Both the position numbers and the translations under genes were made by a program. Positions 57,401 to 64,000 of a stretch of DNA of 64,000 nucleotides are shown here, piece after piece; within the stretch, counting starts at the first letter, position 1, and each line of letters opens with the position of its first letter. The DNA comes from a virus. Lineage: Duplodnaviria; Caudoviricetes. The stretch spans positions 26,114-90,113 of the IMG/VR virus record IMGVR_UViG_2795386110_000001. One strand, 5' to 3'. The notes beneath the pieces are model-generated. The model was given only the letters and a program-made list of their open reading frames with translations. It was not told the DNA's origin and did not search any database.

Positions 57401-58079
57401 TTGCGGTGGTGCCCGAGGGTGCACCTGCACCGTCACTGCGGGGTCGGGTGTCGAGGTCGACGGCAGCGGCAGCACCTCGAACCCCTACGTCGTCAGCTCA
57501 ACCGGTGCCGTCGCCGCGACGGGGTGCGGGCTCACGGGCGACGGTTCTACTGGTACGCCTCTCTCTGCGGCGGTTGGGACCTGGCCGTACGCGTGCGACG
57601 TCGACGACCAGGGCGGCGGCGTCTACTGCGATAGCTCGGGCGTCCTGCGTACCGACCCGCCGGTGCGCCAGGACAACTTCTCGAACGCCATCAACCAGGT
57701 CCAGAGCCCGGCGCTGGCAGTTCCGACAGTGGCCGAGCGGACCATCCGGCAGCTGACGTTGACCGTGACCAACCCGGACCCGTGCCGTGTCGCGCAGGGG
57801 ATTCTGTTCCGGGAGGTCGATCTCGACTTCAACCTGCCTCCCGGTGCGGGCGCCATGGCCGGCATCGACGGCGACGACATGAACTACCTCGCCAACGGCG
57901 GTGACACCACGGTCTTCGCGGTCCACTCGCAGGACAACAAGATCACCCCGTTCACGCTGAACCCCGGCGAGACGCGGACGATCACGATGGACATCGACGC
58001 CGGCCGTGGATCCAACGGCGCCACGATCCCCCGCATTCAGGCCACGCTCCGCGCGTGGGTGTTCTCCAACCCGCAGTAA
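57393..58079 (+). CDS. Cys-rich tail fibre paralog
   Basis: ACCGGARGCTC; shares GGGVYCD, TDPP, NPDPCR, DFNLP and RIQAT.RAW with 56163-57005. Confidence 0.75.
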   Translation: MACCGGARGCTCTVTAGSGVEVDGSGSTSNPYVVSSTGAVAATGCGLTGDGSTGTPLSAAVGTWPYACDVDDQGGGVYCDSSGVLRTDPPVRQDNFSNAINQVQSPALAVPTVAERTIRQLTLTVTNPDPCRVAQGILFREVDLDFNLPPGAGAMAGIDGDDMNYLANGGDTTVFAVHSQDNKITPFTLNPGETRTITMDIDAGRGSNGATIPRIQATLRAWVFSNPQ

Positions 58080-58090
58080 GGGGCCGAGCC

Positions 58091-58381
58091 ATGGCAGCAG
58101 AGCAGACGTTCTACTACGAGTTCCCCGACGGCGCCGTTCAGGAGCGCGTCACCAGCGAGGCCAGCCCGCAGCACCCTGCGGACGCCACGCTGCTGACCGA
58201 GGACGAGTACAACAGCAAGCGGCAGGCGGTCGAGGCAGCCCTAGAGCAGAACCAGGCCGACATCCAGGCGCAGGAGACCGCGCGGAAGAAGGCGGCGTAC
58301 AACGCACTGGTGGCGGGCGGATTCGACACGGGCGTCGCGCAGACCCTCTCTGGCTACACCCCGCCTCAGCCGATGCGCTGA
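58091..58381 (+). CDS. putative fibre chaperone paralog
   Basis: YYEFPDG..DEY..AY.ALV..LSGY. Confidence 0.65.
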   Translation: MAAEQTFYYEFPDGAVQERVTSEASPQHPADATLLTEDEYNSKRQAVEAALEQNQADIQAQETARKKAAYNALVAGGFDTGVAQTLSGYTPPQPMR

Positions 58382-58402
58382 GACAACGACTTGGGGAGCG
58401 CT

Positions 58403-58467
58403 TACACTCCCGTTCTGAGCTGCTGGTTTTGGGCCGGGCCTCCTCACCCGAAGGGGGTCTGACCGTG
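58403..58467 (+). promoter_or_regulatory. late promoter and conserved leader, copy 10
   Basis: TACACT; GCTGCTGGTTTTGGGCCGGGC; GGGCCTCCT/AGGGGGTCT stem. Confidence 0.85.
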
Positions 58468-59277
58468 GCATGGTGCCCGTTCGCCAAGAAGATGGAGCTG
58501 CAACCGGAGTCGGACAGCCAACCGGCGATCCGGCCGACCCAGTTCATCGTGCACAGCATCGTCGCCCCGTGGACGCCGGAGCGGACGTACGAATACTGGC
58601 GCGACTCGACCAACCTCGAATCGCACTTCGGGCTCGGCTATGACGGCTCGCTCGGCCAGTTCATCGGCACGCAGACCAGAGCGGACGCGAACGCCGCCGC
58701 GAACCGTCGTGCGGACGGGACCGGCGCGGTGTCGCTGGAGTCGGCATCGAACCTCGAAGCGAGCGACCCGTGGACGGACGAGCAGGTCGAGACGCTCATC
58801 CGGCTCGGCGTGTGGCTGCACCAGGAGCACGGCATCCCCCTGCGGCTGTGCCGGTCGGCCGACGACCCTGGGTACGGCTATCACCGAATGTTCTCGGCGT
58901 GGAACCCCGACGCCCACGCCTGCCCCGGCGGCGCTCGCGTCAAGCAGTTCCGCGAGGTGGTGTTCCCGGGGGTCGTCGCCCGCGCCACCGGCAAGGCCCC
59001 GGCCAAGCCGGCGTACGAGCCGTTCCCGGGTGAAGCGTTCTTCATGAACGGGGACGAGCCGGCGCTCGGCAAGAGTTCGCCGATCTTCACCGCGATGGGG
59101 AAGCGGCTCGTCGAGGAGGGGTGCGGCCGGTACAAGGTCGGCCCCGGGCCCAAGCTCGGCCAGGCCGACGTCGACTCGTACGAGGCGTGGCAGCGCAAGT
59201 GCGGGTACAGCGGGGCCGCCGCGAAGTGGCCGCCCGGCCCGACCACGTGGAACAAGCTCCGGGTGCCCAACGTCTGA
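58465..59277 (+). CDS. endolysin: amidase_2-like with C-terminal PG-binding domain
   Basis: IVHS, ESHF, GYH, ACPG; C-terminal WQRK.GYSG..A..PG..TW. Confidence 0.85.
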   Translation: MAWCPFAKKMELQPESDSQPAIRPTQFIVHSIVAPWTPERTYEYWRDSTNLESHFGLGYDGSLGQFIGTQTRADANAAANRRADGTGAVSLESASNLEASDPWTDEQVETLIRLGVWLHQEHGIPLRLCRSADDPGYGYHRMFSAWNPDAHACPGGARVKQFREVVFPGVVARATGKAPAKPAYEPFPGEAFFMNGDEPALGKSSPIFTAMGKRLVEEGCGRYKVGPGPKLGQADVDSYEAWQRKCGYSGAAAKWPPGPTTWNKLRVPNV

Positions 59278-59289
59278 AAGGGAGTCGTC

Positions 59290-59583
59290 ATGCTGATGCC
59301 CTCCGTACTGCGCACGCTGGTGCCGCTGTTCGCCGGTTGGGTGATCGTCGTCGTGTCCAGGCTGGGCTTCTCCGTCGACTCCCACACGGTGCAGACGGCG
59401 ATCACGCTCGGCGTCGCCGCCGCGTACTACGTCGTGTTCCGGCTCGTCGAGCGGCTCGCGGAGAAGTACCACGGCCCGGCCTGGCTCAAGGGCGCGGCTG
59501 GTGCGCTGCTCGGCTACGCGAAGCCTCCGCGGTACGAGGCGACGGACGACGTCGCCGAGCTGCTCAGGCAGAGCCGCTTGTGA
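59290..59583 (+). CDS. holin-like membrane protein
   Basis: RTLVP..GW, two to three TM segments, follows the lysin. Confidence 0.75.
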   Translation: MLMPSVLRTLVPLFAGWVIVVVSRLGFSVDSHTVQTAITLGVAAAYYVVFRLVERLAEKYHGPAWLKGAAGALLGYAKPPRYEATDDVAELLRQSRL

Positions 59584-59876
59584 GCGGCGCCCCGGAGCCG
59601 GAGGCGTCTGCCGTTGCGATCGAGCTGGAGCGGCTGCGAGGCACGGTTACCACGGGGTTTGCTGAGGTCAAGGGCAGCTTGGCTGTCCTCGTCGAGCGAT
59701 CCACCCGTAACGAGCAGGATCTCGTCAGGCTCCGCGACGACACGCAGAAGGCCCTCGATGCGCTCGGGACCGAAGTCGAAGCGCTCAAGGCGCGGCGCTG
59801 GCCTCTCGGTGTCCTGGGCGCCCTGTCTGGTGTTGCGGGCGCGGCAACAGGCGCGATTGCCCTCTTCGTGCGCTGA
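59580..59876 (+). CDS. coiled-coil protein with C-terminal TM (lysis accessory)
   Basis: ELERLRGTV..GF..RRWPL..; GTGA overlap. Confidence 0.7.
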   Translation: MSGAPEPEASAVAIELERLRGTVTTGFAEVKGSLAVLVERSTRNEQDLVRLRDDTQKALDALGTEVEALKARRWPLGVLGALSGVAGAATGAIALFVR

Positions 59877-59893
59877 CGCCAGCACCTGTGACT

Positions 59894-59928
59894 GAGCACC
59901 CGCCCTCCCCACTCCGGGGCGGGTGCTC
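59894..59928 (+). terminator. hairpin ending the lysis cassette
   Basis: GAGCACCCGCCCT / GGGGCGGGTGCTC. Confidence 0.65.
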
Positions 59929-60155
59929 TCAGTAGTCCGTTGACAGCGCCAAGTTGGTGATCCGCTGGTGTTCCATCCGGAAGTGCAGCGTCCAACCGAA
60001 GCCCCCACACTGGAAGTACGGCTGCTGAGCAGGTGCCTTCGGACGCTCCGGCGGCCTGACTCGGGAAGCGTGCACCTGCAACAAAATCCCCACACCTCTC
60101 GGACTCCATCCCACGAAAGGATGCTCTCCGGAAGCGCAAAAGGAGGAGAGAGAGT

Positions 60156-61307
60156 ATGCCCGCCCGCCGCTCCTCTGTTTACTTGTCTGGCTGGGAGTAC
60201 AACCGATTGCTGCAAGCAGACCCCTCGAGGCCACGCATCTCAGCCCTACCGGCCTCCATTCTCTGGAACGGCAGTCACCAGCTGTGGATGTTTGAGCACG
60301 TGTACTGCGCGAGGGAATCATTCGAGAATGAGATAGAGGCGACAGATCGTCTGGGCTGGGTAAATGGGACGGTACTGCGCGATCTGCAGCGCGAAGGAAT
60401 CCTCAAAACCATAGACTGGAAAACTCTTCCTGTAGAGCTGAAGGATCGCCTTCGCAGGACTCGAGCAGAAGCACTGCAAAGACTGCCAGAGGCCCGGATA
60501 AGAGCAGCCATAAGTAACGGCGAAGCGCCTACGCTCGAACTTGCCAAGATACTCATACTGGAGCCCATTCTTGACCATTTCGGCTGCTTTGAGTCTGGTG
60601 CACCGAACTCCATATCAAATTGGTCTTTGAGTCGAACGGCGGCGACAAACTCACCTCGAGTGTCCAGTACCCTAGCCCACCTGCTTACCGATGGACTACA
60701 GGTCTGCCGTCCACCGGGTACAGGAATTTCAGAAGAGGCTAACCGGAGGCAGCGCCACGTACAGGAAACAGTAGAGAGCCCAATGATCCCTCACCTTCTG
60801 GCCGGGGAGGGAGAATTTAAAGGCGCGAGAGGATTTGTGCCGTACTTCCGGAAGCTGGAAAGATACAGGGACGCCTATGAAGCCACAAATAGCCAGCTAA
60901 CTAGCGACTGGCATCAGAATAAGCAGCAGCTGTTTGCCCTCCGTGAGGCTGCGGGTAGGTATTTGTGGCCCGACCTGCACGGCTACTGGCTACCCTTGAT
61001 CAAGAATGTCAATTCGAATGAAGAGATGGATCGAGCCGCTCAAGAATTCAGCAGGTGGATTCGCGGGGCCCTCACGCTTGCCCCCATCGTGAAGTATTTG
61101 ACAAATCGCCCCATGAGCATTGCTGTTGGCCAATTCGGCCCCGTAGGCCTTTCGGCCGCGCTAGCCTGCGCTGGAGTCCCTCTGTCGGACGCGGCGGCGG
61201 CAGGACTCATTACATATGCTGCGGGAACGGCTGCCGGTAATTATCTAAACCGAGTCACCGACTTGGCTCTCTTTTACCAGGAAGCGCACAAAGTCCTCGC
61301 TCCGTAG
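60156..61307 (+). CDS. low-GC hypothetical cargo protein
   Basis: RBS AAGGAGG; 383 aa; atypical codon usage; hydrophobic C-terminus. Confidence 0.75.
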   Translation: MPARRSSVYLSGWEYNRLLQADPSRPRISALPASILWNGSHQLWMFEHVYCARESFENEIEATDRLGWVNGTVLRDLQREGILKTIDWKTLPVELKDRLRRTRAEALQRLPEARIRAAISNGEAPTLELAKILILEPILDHFGCFESGAPNSISNWSLSRTAATNSPRVSSTLAHLLTDGLQVCRPPGTGISEEANRRQRHVQETVESPMIPHLLAGEGEFKGARGFVPYFRKLERYRDAYEATNSQLTSDWHQNKQQLFALREAAGRYLWPDLHGYWLPLIKNVNSNEEMDRAAQEFSRWIRGALTLAPIVKYLTNRPMSIAVGQFGPVGLSAALACAGVPLSDAAAAGLITYAAGTAAGNYLNRVTDLALFYQEAHKVLAP

Positions 61308-61499
61308 GCTTTTAGGGCCACCAATTGGTGCAGAGAAGGTACGTCAAGTGCAAGCGGTAAGGCACCGGCGCGAAACCGCTGTGCCGTAGCTGCTTCGTCG
61401 AGGTCGCGGCGAAGTGGGGGCCCAGCGTCAAGCTCTTTGAACGCGGTCGGCGACCCGCCCCCGGGCGGCGCGAGGGGAGCGGGCCGCAGCGGTGCGGGG

Positions 61500-62027
61500 T
61501 CAAGCTGCGGGCTTCAGTTCCTTGAGCATCACGGCGTACAGCGGGGAGTCCGGGAACGGCTGACGCTCGCCGACCTTCCGGTATCCCCAGCTCTCGTACA
61601 GTGCCTGCAAGCGTGGCCGCTTGGTGTCGACGGTGAGCACGGCAAGGGCCTCCGGCCGGTCCGCGAGCAGTGCGGCATGCAGCTGCTCCCCGAGGCCCTG
61701 CTTGCGCCACTTCGGCCTGAGCATCAGTTCCGACACCGAGAACGTGGACGGATCGGCCGGTTCCTCGTCCAGGTACTCGCGCCACCACTCGCGGCCAGGT
61801 TCGCCCGGCGCCCCGTAGGTGAACCCGACGGGTTCGCCGTCCTCGTAGGCGACCACGCACGCCCACGCTTCTCGGCCGCCCCAGTGGTCCACGAACCAGG
61901 GGAACCGTTGCACGAACTCCTCATGGCGCCTGTCGGCGTAGGCGTCGGCGTGAACGTCGAGCAGGGTTTGCCGGACGTCGGGAAGGTCGGCATGGCCGTA
62001 GTGGCGTAGCTGCACTGCCGTGCTCAA
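61500..62027 (-). CDS. GNAT acetyltransferase
   Basis: ELMLRPKWRKQGLG..LYESWGY; TTGA overlap with the upstream gene. Confidence 0.85.
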   Translation of the reverse strand: MSTAVQLRHYGHADLPDVRQTLLDVHADAYADRRHEEFVQRFPWFVDHWGGREAWACVVAYEDGEPVGFTYGAPGEPGREWWREYLDEEPADPSTFSVSELMLRPKWRKQGLGEQLHAALLADRPEALAVLTVDTKRPRLQALYESWGYRKVGERQPFPDSPLYAVMLKELKPAA

Positions 62028-63283
62028 CGGGTGCTCCATTCGGATCGGTAACGGTCGGCCCACTCTCGCACCACCTGGGCAGACGGCGCATGGGTGAGAA
62101 GGTCACGGTAGAAGTCGCCGAGCAGGACCCGCAGGCGCCCGGGGAGCGGGCTGCCGGACATCAGGTCGAACACGCCCTCGGTGGATGCACACGCTTGGTC
62201 GGCGTCGCCCTGATGGAGTTGGGCGACGGCAAGGTGGACCGTGGTCATCGCCCGGTTGCGTCGGTACTCCTTGGGCAAGGCGGCAAGAGCCCTGTATGAA
62301 GCGGCCTCAGCATCGGCCGGTTGTCCCAGGTGCTCGCGGACAATCGCGGCCAGGGCGTGAAGCTCCGCCGGCCCGTAGAACGCCACCCAGCCTGGCCGCG
62401 GCTGCTGCTGGGCCTTGCTCAAGGCATCCTCGGCGTATCCGAGAGAGCGGATGGCAGCTTGCCCGTCGCCGCGGTTGGCGTGGCCGACGGCGGCGCGGGC
62501 GTGAGCGAGGGAGCCGAACAGCGGATCATGGCGGGTGATCGCGGTGGACTGTGCGGCCTGAGCGGCGGCGAGGCCCTCTCCGCTGTCGCCGCGCTGGTGG
62601 GCGAGGATGGCGGTGGAGTTCCACACCCGCATCTGTGCCACGGGGTCCTGTGCCATCCCGGCGAGCCGGAGTGCTTCGTTGAGGTGGGTCTGTGCGCGGT
62701 CGAGCTGGCGGGCGTCGATGCAGGACCAGGCGGCCATGGCGGTGTAGTCGGCGGCGACGCTGAACAGGCGCTGTCTGATCCGTTGCGTTGCGGCCTTGCT
62801 TTGAAGTGCGACGGCTTCGGCCGCGCCGGCGAGAGCGTCGCGTTCGAGGCCGGCGTGTCCGCCGCGTTTCTGGTCGAGGGCGGTCAGGCCGTCCATGCCC
62901 TTGCGGAGCCGGATCACGTCCGAGGTGCCGACCGCGGACGGGCGGGCGGACACGACAGGTATGGCGACGGCGGCAGCTGTACCTCCGGCGCCGGTAAGGA
63001 AGCGGCGGCGGATCACGTCCGGGTCCTCCTGCGGCGGTGCGGGCGCCCCTGGCGGGTAGAACCCGAGGGCCTCGATGGTGCACCGAAATACTGCCTCCAA
63101 GGCGTTGCGCTTGGCACGGTGAGGCCACGTGGATTTTCCGGTCAGCCACGTCCGTACGGTGCGGTCCCCCACACTGTCCCGCTCGCCTGCGGCCAGTAGC
63201 TCAGCATTGACGGCCTCGGCTAACTCGGCTTGCTGAAAGCCCCGTTCGGCCATGGCGATCTTGAGGCGGAAATTTCCGGTCAC
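62024..63283 (-). CDS. XRE-HTH/TPR-like transcriptional regulator
   Basis: QAELAEAVN..RTVRTWLTG..WP; RRRFL; helical repeats; one TTA codon. Confidence 0.8.
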   Translation of the reverse strand: MTGNFRLKIAMAERGFQQAELAEAVNAELLAAGERDSVGDRTVRTWLTGKSTWPHRAKRNALEAVFRCTIEALGFYPPGAPAPPQEDPDVIRRRFLTGAGGTAAAVAIPVVSARPSAVGTSDVIRLRKGMDGLTALDQKRGGHAGLERDALAGAAEAVALQSKAATQRIRQRLFSVAADYTAMAAWSCIDARQLDRAQTHLNEALRLAGMAQDPVAQMRVWNSTAILAHQRGDSGEGLAAAQAAQSTAITRHDPLFGSLAHARAAVGHANRGDGQAAIRSLGYAEDALSKAQQQPRPGWVAFYGPAELHALAAIVREHLGQPADAEAASYRALAALPKEYRRNRAMTTVHLAVAQLHQGDADQACASTEGVFDLMSGSPLPGRLRVLLGDFYRDLLTHAPSAQVVREWADRYRSEWSTR

Positions 63284-63508
63284 CTACTCACCGTAGCCCT
63301 GTGCTGATGGCCGGTGAACGCGGAGACCGGAAATTTCCGGTCGGCTGCGACCACCACCCCCGCCGTTTTTCCTGCCCCTTGCAGGCTCCTGCCCGTTGAA
63401 CTGAACACGCATCGCGTCGGGCTCCACCGCCGGCCGGTGTCGCGGGCTCGTCCCCCCGCCCCCGTGGGGGATGGGCCTGCCTTGGCAGACAACCACCGAG
63501 GGGCAGCG

Positions 63509-64000
63509 ATGACGACGACAGCTGTACGCGCGTTCCGCGCGTTCCCCCGCCGTTGCGGCGACGTGCTGAACGAGACCGTCCGCGTTGCCCCCCGCCGCGG
63601 CAACGAGCCGCCCCGCACCGAGGACGCCGTCCGCATCGGCATCATGCGCCGGATCGCGGCTGACCGGCTCAGATCCTGCGGCTTCGAAGCGCTGTGCGAG
63701 GACGTGATGTTGATCGTCACGGAGCTGCTCACGAATGCGCTCCTGCACAGCGGCACCACGCAGATCACCCTCACCATCACCGTTGAGAAGGTGGAGGAGG
63801 ACGAGACCCTGTGCATCGCTGTCAGCGACGGCATGCCGGGCGTGGCCGCCCCCAAGCAGGCGGACGCCGACGCCGAGTCAGGGCGGGGCCTGCTGCTTGT
63901 CAAGCACCTGATGGAGGCCAACGGCGGGAGCTGGGGAACCAGCGACGCCGGCGCGACCACTTGGTGCTGCCTCAACGTTCCAGCGATGGGGGCATCGTGA
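63509..64000 (+). CDS. HATPase_c (RsbW-like) ATP-binding protein
   Basis: TELLTNALLH, VSDG, ESGRGL.LV, WG. Confidence 0.85.
   Translation: MTTTAVRAFRAFPRRCGDVLNETVRVAPRRGNEPPRTEDAVRIGIMRRIAADRLRSCGFEALCEDVMLIVTELLTNALLHSGTTQITLTITVEKVEEDETLCIAVSDGMPGVAAPKQADADAESGRGLLLVKHLMEANGGSWGTSDAGATTWCCLNVPAMGAS

Noticed and set aside
1-64000. Integrase, att sites, tRNA or rRNA genes
   Set aside because: None recognisable; element boundaries probably lie outside the window

Overview
High-GC actinobacterial window (Streptomyces-like by gene content and rare TTA codons) holding most of a long-tailed prophage or phage-plasmid; no integrase or att site is visible. 1-10.7 kb: early/accessory genes (M48-like peptidase, ParB, adenine and cytosine DNA methyltransferases, a ComM-like fragment), separated by five ~90 bp AT-rich hairpin repeats and four hairpins sharing an AGGCAGC loop. 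13.7-18.4 kb: putative DNA-modification genes and terminase. 22-59.9 kb: a head, tail and lysis module resembling actinophage cluster B, with very cysteine-rich virion proteins, a MuF/2H-phosphoesterase/protease fusion, a paralogous decoration array and two glycosylation enzymes. Cargo genes (Septu-like ATPase+HNH, PadR pair, PIN, AbiJ-like nuclease, ParB-like, lipoprotein cluster) sit between modules. Main observation: ten late genes each have their own TAnnnT -10 box, a conserved leader (GYYGCTGGTTNWGGGCCGG) and a co-varying hairpin covering the RBS or start codon. This looks like a post-transcriptional late-gene switch. All family assignments come from motifs recognised by eye, not database searches.
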